Positions 9,471 to 20,234 of a stretch of 32,000 nt of DNA are shown in pieces; positions within the stretch are counted from its first letter, which is position 1, and each line of letters starts with the position of its first letter. A program made the position numbers and the translations under genes. The notes beneath the pieces are model-generated. The model made no database searches, was not told the DNA's origin, and saw only the letters and a program-made list of their open reading frames with translations. Origin of the DNA: Idiomarina loihiensis L2TR (GTDB lineage: Bacteria; Pseudomonadota; Gammaproteobacteria; Enterobacterales; Alteromonadaceae); contig NC_006512.1 in NCBI RefSeq assembly GCF_000008465.1, positions 1,800,001 through 1,832,000 of the forward strand. The letters run 5' to 3'.

Positions 9471-10376
9471 ATGCTAAACAGAGCTGTAGCAAAAACTGAG
9501 AGTAAGGCAACTGAGAACAAAACTCAGGCAATTATCAGTCAATTAACCTCATCGGCTGACTTGCAAAGCAAATCAACCCCGTTAACTGAACGGTTGCAGA
9601 CATCTCTCGATTTGCATCAGGTATTATCTATTTACGCAGATTACATGGTTCAGCGTTTACCGGTAAGTGCCCTGCAATTTATCTCTGATGACCAAATTAT
9701 TAATTTAATTGGTGACTACGAAAGCCTTGAGAGCGAATACTCGGTAATGCTTTATGCCGATAAAGAATACTTAGGACAAATGGTTTACCAATTCAAACGT
9801 CAACCATCCTATGTGAATAAAGTGCGCCTGGAGCAAATGCACCGACAGCTGACTTTCCCTTTGCGTAACGCTATGCATTTCTCACGTTTAAGAAAAGTTG
9901 CAATACGAGACCATTTAACCGGCCTTGGCAACAGAGCCTTACTGGACGAAACGCTTGAGCACATCAGTGCCCGTTTAAAGCGCGATAACAAACAGTCTCA
10001 TATTGTCATGTTATTGGATATGGATGGATTTAAAAACGTCAACGACCGTCATGGGCACCAACAAGGCGATGAAGTACTGAAGCTGTTCGGCAATTTATTG
10101 CAACAGCAATTGCGCGATACGGATCGGGTATTTCGCTATGGTGGCGATGAATTCGTATTAATACTGGAAAACACGCGACCAGCACAAGCGGAGGACGTTT
10201 TTCGGCGTATTCGGGATGCGCTCGATAACGATATTAGTCTTGCCACTTTCAATATTGGCGTTAGCGCCGGTAGCCTGGTTATGGAAAGTTTTCATAGCCC
10301 CCAGGATATTATTGATGAAGCCGACAGACGCCTTTACGCCGCTAAAGTTGCCGGTAAGAATCAGCACCTGAGCTAA
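9471..10376 (+). CDS. Diguanylate cyclase (GGDEF domain) with an uncharacterised ~130-aa N-terminal region
   Basis: 301 aa. It has the linker-to-GGDEF junction RDHLTGLGNR and an active site RYGGDEF. An I-site RxxD (RDTD) lies exactly five residues upstream of GGDEF, and the end is DRRLYAAKVAGKNQ. The N-terminus has no motif I can name and may be a short GAF-like fold. Confidence 0.9.
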   Translation: MLNRAVAKTESKATENKTQAIISQLTSSADLQSKSTPLTERLQTSLDLHQVLSIYADYMVQRLPVSALQFISDDQIINLIGDYESLESEYSVMLYADKEYLGQMVYQFKRQPSYVNKVRLEQMHRQLTFPLRNAMHFSRLRKVAIRDHLTGLGNRALLDETLEHISARLKRDNKQSHIVMLLDMDGFKNVNDRHGHQQGDEVLKLFGNLLQQQLRDTDRVFRYGGDEFVLILENTRPAQAEDVFRRIRDALDNDISLATFNIGVSAGSLVMESFHSPQDIIDEADRRLYAAKVAGKNQHLS

Positions 10377-11688
10377 CCCAGTCTGGCTCAGGTAACTGAA
10401 GGCTGTCGAATTCTGTTTTCTCAATAACCTGGTAGCTGAACCAGCCAAGTCCGGCTACCCACACGTACTTACCGTTCAGCTCAAGTATCGGCCGCCTGGC
10501 TCTCAACCACGGCGGAATTCCCGCCTGCTTCAGCCAGTCTTTCAGTTTTTTGCGCCCCTGACGCCCAGGCTTTGCCAGTTTTTCTGAGGTTAACGAAAAG
10601 GTTAATCTCAACTCATTATTATTCGTCAGCAATGCATCTGGCACGCTTAATGTGCCCCACTCCCCCAAATTGACATTAGCCTCAGCTAACCAACAATCTG
10701 CCGGTAATTGCCCGGTATTGTTGTCACACCATAGTGCGTATTGAAAGTAGCGCACACTGTAGCCATCACACTGAACCTGCATTTGGCTATCGTCTGTTGC
10801 GCTTTGAGCTTGTAAGCGAATTTGCTCCAGTTGCTCGTAACTGGGCAATGAGTATTCTTGTCCTTGCAGCCAGACTCGCAGTAACGCTCGCTGCATAGCC
10901 GCAGAATGCTCACTCAGTAAACTGAGGGGAAAGTGACTTTTGTGCTTCTGCGCCTTATACAGCTTTTCCTGCAAGAGTTCATCCATCACCTGCTGTTGCT
11001 CGGCACAAAGTTTTGCTGACCTCAGCACGCTATTCCCAAACTGAGGCCAACGCTGCTCTAATAACGGCACCACTTTATGCCGCAAAAAATTCCGCTCAAT
11101 ACGGGTATCGTAGTTCGTATCGTCTTCAATCCAGGTTAATTTCTGTTGCTGCGCGTAGCTTAAAATGTCTTCTTTACTCACACTAAGCAAAGGCCGGCAG
11201 AGACGACGGCTGCCAACCCAAGGCTGAATAGCAGCCATTGAGGATAAGCCTTTTGGCCCGCTGCCGCGTTTTAATTGCAGAAAAAAGGTCTCGATCTGAT
11301 CATTGCGGTGTTGCCCTAACAGCAATACCGCATCATCCTCAGTCAGCTCGGCCATTCTCCGGTAACGGCTTTCACGCCCTGCGGCCTCTTTGCTTTGGCG
11401 GTTTTCTATGGGGACATTAAGCGGTTCAAAAACCGTTTTTACACCATAGGACTTAGCAGCATGCTCAATAGTCGACGACCAGTCAGCTGAACTGGGGTGA
11501 AAACTATGATCTAAATGAATGGCTAAATACTGATACTGAGGATTCTGCTGACGAAAGCGCATCAGTAAATCGAGGATAGTTTGCGAGTCAGCCCCGCCAC
11601 CAAGGGCAGCAACTAATTGCTGCCCCGGCTTTAATGCAAGAGACTCTAAGCTTTCACAAAACAGGTCGTAAAGACCATCTTTCATCAT
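10342..11688 (-). CDS. tilS: tRNA(Ile)-lysidine synthase
   Basis: 448 aa with a PP-loop ATPase motif (ALGGGADSQT) near the N-terminus. Length and C-terminal substrate-binding region are TilS-like. It starts 6 nt downstream of accA, matching the dnaE-accA-...-tilS neighbourhood known from E. coli. Confidence 0.9.
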   Translation of the reverse strand: MMKDGLYDLFCESLESLALKPGQQLVAALGGGADSQTILDLLMRFRQQNPQYQYLAIHLDHSFHPSSADWSSTIEHAAKSYGVKTVFEPLNVPIENRQSKEAAGRESRYRRMAELTEDDAVLLLGQHRNDQIETFFLQLKRGSGPKGLSSMAAIQPWVGSRRLCRPLLSVSKEDILSYAQQQKLTWIEDDTNYDTRIERNFLRHKVVPLLEQRWPQFGNSVLRSAKLCAEQQQVMDELLQEKLYKAQKHKSHFPLSLLSEHSAAMQRALLRVWLQGQEYSLPSYEQLEQIRLQAQSATDDSQMQVQCDGYSVRYFQYALWCDNNTGQLPADCWLAEANVNLGEWGTLSVPDALLTNNNELRLTFSLTSEKLAKPGRQGRKKLKDWLKQAGIPPWLRARRPILELNGKYVWVAGLGWFSYQVIEKTEFDSLQLPEPDWVSSGADSYRQL

Positions 11689-11694
11689 TGGTAA

Positions 11695-12651
11695 TTAGCA
11701 GTAACCAAAAGACATGAGTTTACGATAACGCTGGTCCAGCAATTCCTCATGGCTTAAGCCCTGTAAGCTTCCTAAATCAGCAATCAGCTGACGCTTAAGG
11801 CGTACCGCCATTTCTTCCTGATGGCGGTGCGCGCCGCCTAAAGGTTCAGGTATCACAGAATCAACCAGACCCAGCTCTTTACTCCGCTCTGCGGTTACGC
11901 CCATAGCTTCTGCCGCTAATGGCGCTTTGCTGGCACTTTTCCACAAAATAGAAGCACAACCTTCCGGAGAAATAACCGAGTACGTACTGTATTGCAGCAT
12001 GTTAACGCGGTCACCGACACCAATAGCCAGAGCACCACCAGAACCACCTTCTCCAATAACAGTACAAACAATAGGAACGGTTAAACGAGCCATAACTTTC
12101 AGGTTACGTGCAATGGCTTCACTCTGACCGCGCTCTTCCGCACCAATTCCCGGGTAAGCTCCAGGTGTATCAATGAAGGTAACAATTGGCATTTTAAAAC
12201 GCTCGGCGGTTTGCATCAGGCGTAGCGCCTTACGATAACCTTCCGGCTTTGGCATACCAAAGTTACGACGGATCTTCTCTTTGGTTTCACGGCCTTTTTG
12301 CTGGCCTATAACCATAACCGGAGTGCCGTCTAAACGCGCAATACCGCCAACAATCGCCTCGTCATTAGCAAAAGAGCGATCACCCGCCATTTCGTCAAAC
12401 TCGGTGAATATCATGCGAATATAGTCAAGCGTGTAAGGACGCAACGGATGACGCGCCAGCTGTGCAACCTGCCACGCACCTAAATCAGAAAAGATTTTCT
12501 CTGTCAGTTCCTGACTCTTGGTGGTCAGTCGCTGCACTTCCTCTTCTAAGTTAAGATCCAGTTGCCCGCGGTTGCCAACAGACTTCAGTTCTTCGATTTG
12601 CGCTTCAAGTTCCGCAATAGGTTGTTCAAAATCCAGAAAATTAAGGCTCAT
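11695..12651 (-). CDS. accA: Acetyl-CoA carboxylase carboxyltransferase subunit alpha
   Basis: 318 aa. Strongly conserved AccA blocks are present: [49 protein letters not shown] and [14 protein letters not shown]. Confidence 0.97.
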   Translation of the reverse strand: MSLNFLDFEQPIAELEAQIEELKSVGNRGQLDLNLEEEVQRLTTKSQELTEKIFSDLGAWQVAQLARHPLRPYTLDYIRMIFTEFDEMAGDRSFANDEAIVGGIARLDGTPVMVIGQQKGRETKEKIRRNFGMPKPEGYRKALRLMQTAERFKMPIVTFIDTPGAYPGIGAEERGQSEAIARNLKVMARLTVPIVCTVIGEGGSGGALAIGVGDRVNMLQYSTYSVISPEGCASILWKSASKAPLAAEAMGVTAERSKELGLVDSVIPEPLGGAHRHQEEMAVRLKRQLIADLGSLQGLSHEELLDQRYRKLMSFGYC

Positions 12652-12666
12652 TCGCTGTCATTTCCT

Positions 12667-15600
12667 TTAAAATTCAAGTGAAACTTGCTGAGTTCCCAGC
12701 AAATTCTGTAATTCGTATATTAATTCATCAGACGGATTCACATACCATTGTGCGCCAACATTTAACGTGGCTTCAACGCGTTCCGACTGATACCGCATTT
12801 TTATCGGACAAGTCCCTTCAGCAAAGGGCTGTAATAGCTTTTCCAGTTTTCCGGCAAGACCTTTAGCAAGCTGCTCATCCGTTACTGTAATTGCTAAATG
12901 CCGGAGATAAGTTTCCCGAGCCTGCTCAATTGCCATCACTTCTCTGGCAGTCATTGTATTGCTATTACTGAAGTTATCAAATCTGACCTCACCTTTTATC
13001 CACAAAATTCGGTCTTTTTCGAGCAATTCCTGATAACTTTCGTATTCGTTACTAAATAAGCGTACATCCATGCGCGCTGTTTTGTCATCTAAAGTCACTA
13101 TAGCAAAACGCTGACCTCTTTTATTGGTCAGTACTCTCACATCAATCACCAGCCCGGCAATAGCAATACTCTCATCTTTACGGGTAGGAGTAACATTGGA
13201 CAATGTACTATTAATGTAATGTTTGAGCTCTGCACGAAAACGGTTAATGGGGTGACCAGTCAAATAAAGACCGAGGGTATCGCGCTCTCCTTCCAACCAG
13301 ACCGCTTCCGACCATTTACGTACGCTGACAAACTCCTGTTCAACCGCTTCAGGTTCGGTGGTAAGTACCCCAAACATATCCGACTGACCAATTTTTTCCG
13401 CATTCAAATGCTGTTCGGCCTGACGAATGGCTTTTTCCAGCGTCGCCATTAATGAAGCACGGTGAGGTCCTAAGTTGTCCATTGCGCCAGCACGAATTAA
13501 GCGCTGCAGAATGCGCTTATTCATTCGCTTCAGATCAACCCGGCAACAGAAGTCGAATAAATCCCGGAACGGCCCGCCTTCTTGCCGGGCTTTAATAATA
13601 GACTCAATTGGCGCTTCACCCACACCTTTTATTGCGCCTATACCGTACACCACTCGTTGCTGTTCATCGACGGTAAACTTATATTCGCCTTTGTTTACGT
13701 CCGGAGGCAGCAAGTCCAGTCCCATGCGTTCACATTCGTCCGCCAAAGTGACAATTTTGTCGGTATTATCCATATCGGCGGACATCACCGCAGCCATAAA
13801 CTCTGCCGGGAAGTGGGTTTTCATCCATAAAGTCTGGTATGAAACTAAAGCGTAGGCAGCCGAGTGCGACTTGTTAAAGCCATAACCGGCAAATTTCTCT
13901 ACCAAGTCGAAGATTTTCGTCGCCAGTTCAGGGTCAATATTATTTTGCGCCGCACCCTTAGCAAAAATTTCTCGTTGCTTAGCCATTTCCTCGGGCTTTT
14001 TCTTACCCATTGCACGGCGTAACAAATCTGCGCCACCCAAAGTGTAGCCAGCCAGAACCTGGGCAATTTGCATGACCTGTTCCTGGTAGAGGATGACACC
14101 GTAAGTCGGCTCTAGTATGGGCTGCAAACTCTCATGCTGATACTCAGCATCGGGGTACGAAATTTCTTCCCTGCCGTGCTTCCGGTCAATAAAGTTATCA
14201 ACCATGCCAGACTGCAGTGGCCCCGGCCGGAATAGCGCCACCAGGGCGATAATGTCTTCGAAAGAGTCTGGCAAAAGCTTTTTAATAAGCTCTTTCATGC
14301 CACGCGACTCTAACTGAAACACCGCCGTTGTTTCGGCTTTTTTCAACAGTTTAAAACACGCCGGATCAGTTAAATCAATCGACGTAATATCAATAGGATC
14401 TTTACCGCTCTTAGCATGCCGGCGGTTCACCATATCAACCGCCCACTGAATAATGGTCAGCGTTCTCAAACCCAAAAAGTCGAACTTAACCAGACCTGCC
14501 GACTCAACATCGTCTTTATCAAACTGAGTGACCGGGTTGTTACCTTCATCATCGCAATACAGTGGCGAGAAGTCGGTTATTTTGGTTGGAGAAATAACCA
14601 CGCCACCAGCGTGTTTACCAGCATTACGAGTCACGCCTTCAAGAATACGAGCCATATCAATAATGGCCTTAACTTCTTCATCCTGGTCGTACGCGGCGCC
14701 AAGCTGGGGCTCAATTTCAAAGGCTTTGGCCAGAGTCATGCCCGGATCGCCCGGTATTAACTTGGAAATTCGGTCGACAAAACCATAGGGATGAGCCAGT
14801 ACCCGTCCGACATCGCGTATCGCAGCCTTAGCCGCCATAGTACCGAAGGTAATAATTTGCGAAACCGCTTCACGACCATACAGGTCAGCAACGTGATCGA
14901 TAACTTCATCCCGACGATCCATACAGAAGTCGACATCGAAATCTGGCATAGAAACCCGTTCAGGGTTAAGGAATCGCTCAAAAAGTAAGTCAAATTCAAG
15001 CGGATCCAAATCTGTTATTTTAAGTGCATAAGCCACCAGAGAGCCTGCACCTGAACCGCGCCCCGGGCCTACGGGTATGCCGTTATCTTTACTCCACTGA
15101 ATGAACTCCATAACGATAAGGAAATACCCGGGGAAGCCCATATCGTTTATAACACCAAGCTCGCGCTTAAGTCGTTCGTCGTATTCTGGTCGTTTCTGCT
15201 CTCGCTCTTCCGCGTCAGGAAACAAAAACTCTAAACGTTCTTCCAGCCCTTCTTCCGAAACCTTAATTAAGAACTCTTCAGTCGTCAGGTCGCCAGTGGG
15301 AAACTTAGGCAGGAAGTATTCGCCCAAACGCACAGTGACATTACAGCGCTTGGCTATTTCAACAGTATTTTCTATTGCTTCAGGAATGTCAGAAAACAAC
15401 TCACTCATTTCTTCGCTGGAGCGCAAATATTGTTGTGGTGAATATTTTTTCGGCCGACGTTTATCTTCCAACTGGTACCCGTCGTGAATAGCCACACGAA
15501 TTTCGTGAGCATCAAAGTCTTCTTCTTTCAGGAAAACCACTTCATTAGTAGCGACAACGGGTAGGCCTGTTTCCCCGGCTAAAGCCACCGCTTTATGTAA

Positions 15601-16143
15601 ATAGTTTTCTTCCTGAGGCCGGCCGGTGCGCACAAGCTCAAGATAATAGCGGTCAGGAAAATATTGCTGGTAGAAATCGAGGGCAGCATCCAGCTGGCTG
15701 TCATGGCCTTTAATTAGAGCCTGTCCTACATCACCCTGACGGCTTCCGGACAACAAAATAATGCCCTCGTTATGCTCCTTCAGCCAGTCTTTATCGATAA
15801 CCGGCTTGCCTTTAATATTACCGCGCAAATAAGCTTTTGAAATAAGCTGAGTTATCTGCTGATAACCTTCATTATCCATTGCCAGTGCGGTCAGGCGGAA
15901 AATTTCAGATTCAGGATAGTCAGCCTGCACCCAGAAATCGCACCCTATTAAAGGCTTTAAGCCCAATTGGTGCGCTTTTCCATAGTAGCGAACCAGACCA
16001 CAAAAGTTCATTTGGTCGGTAATGGCTAAAGCAGGCATACCCGCTTCAGCAACAGCCTCACAAATTGGACCAACTTTCGCCAGCCCATCTATCATGGAAA
16101 AGTCGCTATGAACTCTTAAGTGAACAAAATTTGGTGCAGTCAT
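12667..16143 (-). CDS. dnaE: DNA polymerase III subunit alpha
   Basis: 1158 aa with an N-terminal PHP domain ([15 protein letters not shown]). The polymerase core includes [23 protein letters not shown] and [20 protein letters not shown], and there is a C-terminal OB fold. Confidence 0.98.
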   Translation of the reverse strand: MTAPNFVHLRVHSDFSMIDGLAKVGPICEAVAEAGMPALAITDQMNFCGLVRYYGKAHQLGLKPLIGCDFWVQADYPESEIFRLTALAMDNEGYQQITQLISKAYLRGNIKGKPVIDKDWLKEHNEGIILLSGSRQGDVGQALIKGHDSQLDAALDFYQQYFPDRYYLELVRTGRPQEENYLHKAVALAGETGLPVVATNEVVFLKEEDFDAHEIRVAIHDGYQLEDKRRPKKYSPQQYLRSSEEMSELFSDIPEAIENTVEIAKRCNVTVRLGEYFLPKFPTGDLTTEEFLIKVSEEGLEERLEFLFPDAEEREQKRPEYDERLKRELGVINDMGFPGYFLIVMEFIQWSKDNGIPVGPGRGSGAGSLVAYALKITDLDPLEFDLLFERFLNPERVSMPDFDVDFCMDRRDEVIDHVADLYGREAVSQIITFGTMAAKAAIRDVGRVLAHPYGFVDRISKLIPGDPGMTLAKAFEIEPQLGAAYDQDEEVKAIIDMARILEGVTRNAGKHAGGVVISPTKITDFSPLYCDDEGNNPVTQFDKDDVESAGLVKFDFLGLRTLTIIQWAVDMVNRRHAKSGKDPIDITSIDLTDPACFKLLKKAETTAVFQLESRGMKELIKKLLPDSFEDIIALVALFRPGPLQSGMVDNFIDRKHGREEISYPDAEYQHESLQPILEPTYGVILYQEQVMQIAQVLAGYTLGGADLLRRAMGKKKPEEMAKQREIFAKGAAQNNIDPELATKIFDLVEKFAGYGFNKSHSAAYALVSYQTLWMKTHFPAEFMAAVMSADMDNTDKIVTLADECERMGLDLLPPDVNKGEYKFTVDEQQRVVYGIGAIKGVGEAPIESIIKARQEGGPFRDLFDFCCRVDLKRMNKRILQRLIRAGAMDNLGPHRASLMATLEKAIRQAEQHLNAEKIGQSDMFGVLTTEPEAVEQEFVSVRKWSEAVWLEGERDTLGLYLTGHPINRFRAELKHYINSTLSNVTPTRKDESIAIAGLVIDVRVLTNKRGQRFAIVTLDDKTARMDVRLFSNEYESYQELLEKDRILWIKGEVRFDNFSNSNTMTAREVMAIEQARETYLRHLAITVTDEQLAKGLAGKLEKLLQPFAEGTCPIKMRYQSERVEATLNVGAQWYVNPSDELIYELQNLLGTQQVSLEF

Positions 16144-16221
16144 TTTACGGATACAGTCTGGCTTTTTTCATTATCATTTTAGGGTCGTTATTGTGCCTTA
16201 AGCAGCCTCTGAAGTATATCG

Positions 16222-17517
16222 TCAGTGTAACTTCAGTCGCGGTTTTACAACATGGTTAAGTTTGTCCACCATTAACAACAAAAACATCTTCCACCAGCCG
16301 TGTAAGGCTCTCTGGTGCATACGATATAAACTGGCGTACGCCCAACGCGCTAAAGTGCCTTCAAGCGACATTGACAGACTTTTACTTTGCATTAAATTAC
16401 CCACCGCCGAAAAACGACTCAGTGAGACGAGTGAACCCCGGTCTTTATATTTGAAGGCTTTTGCCGGTTTGTTGCGGTACTCACGTACAATATTCTGATA
16501 CAAACATTCAGCCATCTGATGTGCGGACTGGGCCCTTGGTGGTACCCAACGTTCATCATCTATGCGGCAACCCGCACAGTCACCAATAGCATAAATGCTT
16601 TCGTCAGATACTGACTGGAGATACTCATTTACCTCAATTTGATTGTTTTTGCGAACTTTCAGGCCCCATTCACTGACAAAATCGGGAGCCCGGACACCAG
16701 CTGCCCAAACCATTAAATTGGCGTTGATATTCTCTCCTTCAGACAACACCAGAGTGTTTTCTTTTACTTCAGTAACCGGGTTACCCAATATGACTTCGAC
16801 ACCTAACGATTTCAGTTTCTTCTCTACCGATGCTGACAAACGCTCAGGTAACGCAGGCAGTAATCGTTTACCGGCTTCGACCAAACGAACTTCAAAATGC
16901 TTTTGATCAAGGAAAGAAAGACCATAAATAGACAACAATGACACTGAGTGAATGAGTTCAGCAGCCAGCTCAACTCCGGTCGCCCCGCCGCCCACAATAG
17001 CCAGTGACAATTTCGTATTTTCGCCGTCTTCGATCGACTGGTTTACTCGTAAAAATTCATTTAATAAATGTTCATGGAACTCATCGGCCTGACGTAATGA
17101 GTCCAGAAAGTAGCAATGTTCGCTAACTCCGGGGGTTCCAAAATCTGCGGTAACACTGCCAATGGAAAGAATTAATCTATCGTATTGAATACTGCGCGGC
17201 GCCAACACTTCATTACCCTGCTCATCTTTTATTGCCGCTAATTGAATAGACTTTTCGTTTTTATTCACAGCCTCTAAAGTGCCAACCAGAAACTGAAAAC
17301 CCTCGCGGGCACTTTGTCCGCGATAATCCAATTCAGCCAGCCGCGAGTCCAGAGCACCTGAGGCAACTTCGTGCAACAACGGCTTCCACAAGTGGGTACT
17401 GTTTCTGTCAATTAGCATTATCTTTGCTTTCTTCTTGCGACCCAGCTTTCTTCCCAGCATAGTAGCCAATTCTAATCCGCCTGCACCGCCACCAACTATT
17501 ACAATCCGTTCTTGCAT
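16222..17517 (-). CDS. ndh: Type II NADH:quinone oxidoreductase (NDH-2)
   Basis: 431 aa with two dinucleotide-binding motifs, VIVGGGAGGLELA and AIVGGGATGVELAAEL, and the block IYAIGDCA. Confidence 0.9.
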   Translation of the reverse strand: MQERIVIVGGGAGGLELATMLGRKLGRKKKAKIMLIDRNSTHLWKPLLHEVASGALDSRLAELDYRGQSAREGFQFLVGTLEAVNKNEKSIQLAAIKDEQGNEVLAPRSIQYDRLILSIGSVTADFGTPGVSEHCYFLDSLRQADEFHEHLLNEFLRVNQSIEDGENTKLSLAIVGGGATGVELAAELIHSVSLLSIYGLSFLDQKHFEVRLVEAGKRLLPALPERLSASVEKKLKSLGVEVILGNPVTEVKENTLVLSEGENINANLMVWAAGVRAPDFVSEWGLKVRKNNQIEVNEYLQSVSDESIYAIGDCAGCRIDDERWVPPRAQSAHQMAECLYQNIVREYRNKPAKAFKYKDRGSLVSLSRFSAVGNLMQSKSLSMSLEGTLARWAYASLYRMHQRALHGWWKMFLLLMVDKLNHVVKPRLKLH

Positions 17518-17540
17518 TTGTGCCTCGCCTATCTGCAGAT

Positions 17541-17579
17541 AATAAAAAAGCCACTGACGATGATAACGCCAGTGGCTTT
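17541..17579 (-). terminator. Rho-independent terminator downstream of dcp
   Basis: The minus strand reads AAAGCCACTG-13 nt loop-CAGTGGCTTT followed directly by TTTTTATTAT. It has a 10-bp perfect stem and lies 39 nt past the dcp stop codon. Confidence 0.72.
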
Positions 17580-17617
17580 AGATAACGACTGTTCAGTCGA
17601 AATTATTTCAGTATGAC

Positions 17618-19807
17618 TTAGTCAATACTAGGATTCGTTAGTCCGCGACGCTCAAGTAAGGCTTCAACAGTTGGCTCCTGACCACGCCAGTCGATGTACT
17701 GTTGCATAGGATCTTTACTGCTGCCTTTGGACAGAATTTCTTTACGGAAAGCCTGGCCATTTTCAAGGCTCAAACCACCGTTATTGCCCATGTGTTTAAA
17801 CGCATCGGCTGCCAGAACTTCACTCCACATGTAAGCGTAGTAACCTGCTGAGTAGCCGCCAGCAAATACGTGAGCAAAGTAAGTTGAACGGTAGCGTGGT
17901 GGTACAGCTTCAATCGCTACACCGTTTTTCTCCAGCGCGTCCTGCTCAAACTTCTCAACGTCGCTAATTTCTGTACCCGGCTCCACTGTATGATACTCAA
18001 GATCCAGTAACGCAGCGGAAATATACTCTAAAGTATCAAAGCCCTGGTTAAAGTTACGTGCATCCAGTACTTTTTGCAGTAACTCGTCAGGAATCTGTTC
18101 ACCCGTTTCGTAATGCTTTGCATAATTTGCAATAACTTTCGGGTTCAGCGTCCAGTCTTCCTGGAAAGTTGAAGGGAACTCAACGTAGTCACGCGGCACA
18201 GACGTACCTGCCTGAGATGGATACTTCACGTCAGAGAACATGCCGTGCAACGCATGGCCCATTTCATGGAACATGGTTGAAACTTCATCAAAGCTTAACA
18301 AGGTTGGTTCACCCTCAGGCGCTTTAGTGATGTTCATGTTATTCAAAATAACCGGCTTCTGGTTCATCAATTCAGACTGAGTACGGAACGAGCTCATCCA
18401 GGCTCCACCGCGTTTGCTGTCGCGAGCATAATAGTCCGCATAGAACAAACCTAAACTTGAGCCGTCTACGTCTTTCACTTCATAAACAACAACATCATCC
18501 TGATAAACAGGGATATCGTTACGCTCTTCAAAAGTGATGCCAAACAGTTGGTTCATTGCATAGAACACGCCGTCTTCCAGAACACGATTAAATTCGAAGT
18601 ATTTTTTCACTTCGTCAGAGTCAATCGCGTATTTTTCTTCGCGAACTTTCTCTGCGTAGTAGAACCAGTCCCACGGTTTCAGTTCATGCTGTTCGCCTTC
18701 AGCCTTAATCATCGCACGAATCTCTTCGGCTTCGCTTTCAACGTTGCTTACAACTGCAGGAACCAGATCACGCAACATTTTTTGAGCGGCTTCTGGATTA
18801 CCGGCCATGTTTTCTTCAAGAACGTAATCACCCCAGGTGTCATAACCTAATAGATTCGCCTTTTCTGCACGCAACTGAGTTAGCTTTGCAACCATTGGGC
18901 GAGTATCGGTTTCGGTATTCCCTGTGCCACGGTTTGAGGACGCTTCCCAAATGCGCTGACGCAATTCGCGGTTTTCAAGATCCGTCAAAATAGACTGACG
19001 TGTTGTGTTAGTTAAAGTAATGGCGTATTTACCCGGCATATCACGGCTTTCAGCCGCACTCGCCAAGCTACTGATTTGACTATCACTTAAGCCGGCTAAT
19101 TCTTCTTTAGAATCAACGACAATCACGTTTTCCTTGGTCAACTTCATTAAGCTGTTGCGAAATTCTGTGGTCAGGCTGGAAAGTTGCGAATTAACATCGC
19201 GAATCTGTTGTTGCTCATCTTCATTTAGTTCAGCACCAGCACGGACAAAACCTTTGTAGGTGTCTTCTAATAAACGTTCTGACGCAGTATCCAGCTCTAA
19301 TTCGTCGCGTTTGTCATGAAGTGACTTAATTCGGGCAAACAATTTAGCGTTCAGACGAATATTATCGCTATGAGCCGCTAACTTAGGAGCTAACTTACCC
19401 TGCAACTCGCGAATTTGTTCATTACTATTGGACGATGACAGGTTGTAGAAAACTGATGAAACACGGCCAAGGATCGCACCCGATTTTTCCATCGCTACAA
19501 TGGTATTCTCAAATGTTGGCTCTGCTGAGTTATTTGCAATGGCTTCAATTTCAGCCATGTGCTCTTCCATACCCTTTTCAAACGCAGGCTCAAAATGTTT
19601 GAACTCAATGGCATCGAAGTCAGGTGCCTGATACAGCAGAGGACTGGGTTTGTAGAATGGGTTGGTTTCTTTTGCTTGTTGACTGCTGTCTTTAGAAGCT
19701 TCAGTTGAAGCCGTTTTGTTCTCAGTTGTCGATGAGTCATTTGCATCACTGCAAGCTCCCAACGATACTGCCGCACTCACAGCTACAGCCAGTAAAGTTT
19801 TCCGCAT
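17618..19807 (-). CDS. dcp: Peptidyl-dipeptidase Dcp (M3 family zinc metallopeptidase), probable exported lipoprotein
   Basis: 729 aa with the HEXXH zinc site HEMGHALH in M3 context and an M3-type C-terminal half. The N-terminal signal has a lipobox-like AVSLGAC. Confidence 0.88.
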   Translation of the reverse strand: MRKTLLAVAVSAAVSLGACSDANDSSTTENKTASTEASKDSSQQAKETNPFYKPSPLLYQAPDFDAIEFKHFEPAFEKGMEEHMAEIEAIANNSAEPTFENTIVAMEKSGAILGRVSSVFYNLSSSNSNEQIRELQGKLAPKLAAHSDNIRLNAKLFARIKSLHDKRDELELDTASERLLEDTYKGFVRAGAELNEDEQQQIRDVNSQLSSLTTEFRNSLMKLTKENVIVVDSKEELAGLSDSQISSLASAAESRDMPGKYAITLTNTTRQSILTDLENRELRQRIWEASSNRGTGNTETDTRPMVAKLTQLRAEKANLLGYDTWGDYVLEENMAGNPEAAQKMLRDLVPAVVSNVESEAEEIRAMIKAEGEQHELKPWDWFYYAEKVREEKYAIDSDEVKKYFEFNRVLEDGVFYAMNQLFGITFEERNDIPVYQDDVVVYEVKDVDGSSLGLFYADYYARDSKRGGAWMSSFRTQSELMNQKPVILNNMNITKAPEGEPTLLSFDEVSTMFHEMGHALHGMFSDVKYPSQAGTSVPRDYVEFPSTFQEDWTLNPKVIANYAKHYETGEQIPDELLQKVLDARNFNQGFDTLEYISAALLDLEYHTVEPGTEISDVEKFEQDALEKNGVAIEAVPPRYRSTYFAHVFAGGYSAGYYAYMWSEVLAADAFKHMGNNGGLSLENGQAFRKEILSKGSSKDPMQQYIDWRGQEPTVEALLERRGLTNPSID

Positions 19808-20012
19808 GGGTATCTCCCGTTGTCTATGTTTATCATTGTGATTTTGGTGACAATACTCTAGCCCTGTGGAGGCTCAGGCTCAAGAGCTAAACGGCAAAAA
19901 GCATGATCTTCGGGGTAAAACTTAAGATGGATAAAAAATACAACAAACGAAAGAAAATAAAAAAGATAATTAATTTAGATTTTACAGGGGGGATTACTAA
20001 GAGAGAGAATAA

Positions 20013-20089
20013 TGGCGGAGTGGACGGGACTCGAACCCGCGACCTCCGGCGTGACAGGCCGGCATTCTAACCAACTGAACTACCACTCC
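20013..20089 (-). tRNA. tRNA-Asp (anticodon GTC), copy 1
   Basis: The reverse complement folds as a canonical 77-nt cloverleaf. It reads GGAGTGG TA GTTC AGTTGGTTA GAAT G CCGGC CTGTCAC GCCGG AGGTC GCGGG TTCGAGT CCCGT CCACTCC GCCA, with an encoded CCA. It is very close to E. coli tRNA-Asp. Confidence 0.97.
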
Positions 20090-20115
20090 GCAAAAATTCT
20101 TTGAGGCGTACTAAA

Positions 20116-20192
20116 TGGCGGAGTGGACGGGACTCGAACCCGCGACCTCCGGCGTGACAGGCCGGCATTCTAACCAACTGAACTACCACTCC
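20116..20192 (-). tRNA. tRNA-Asp (anticodon GTC), copy 2
   Basis: Sequence is identical to copy 1 and offset by 103 bp. Confidence 0.97.
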
Positions 20193-20234
20193 GCATTAGT
20201 ACTACACGTTGAAGTCTCCCTCAACGCGGCGTGC

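Larger units (their letters stand above)
20011..20195 (-). repeat. Tandem direct duplication of the tRNA-Asp unit (82 bp identical, 103-bp period)
   Basis: 20011-20092 is identical to 20114-20195. The unique spacer is 21 nt. Confidence 0.95.

Noticed and set aside
12996-13004. Perfect DnaA-box consensus TTATCCACA inside dnaE
   Set aside because: It is a single 9-mer within a coding region, with no cluster of boxes, AT-rich unwinding element or GATC enrichment nearby. One chance occurrence in a window of this size is not surprising.
13475-15487. Plus-strand ORFs of 114-128 aa (13475-13855, 14416-14760, 15101-15487) antisense to dnaE
   Set aside because: They lie entirely within the highly conserved dnaE reading frame. 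They have low-complexity Ser/Arg-rich translations and no RBS or promoter context. Such ORFs are typical shadow ORFs of a long gene.
20013-20195. tRNA-Asp as an attachment site for a genomic island
   Set aside because: Both copies are complete. There is no partial 3'-tRNA direct repeat elsewhere in the window and no integrase nearby. The flanking genes (dcp, dnaQ block) are core genes.
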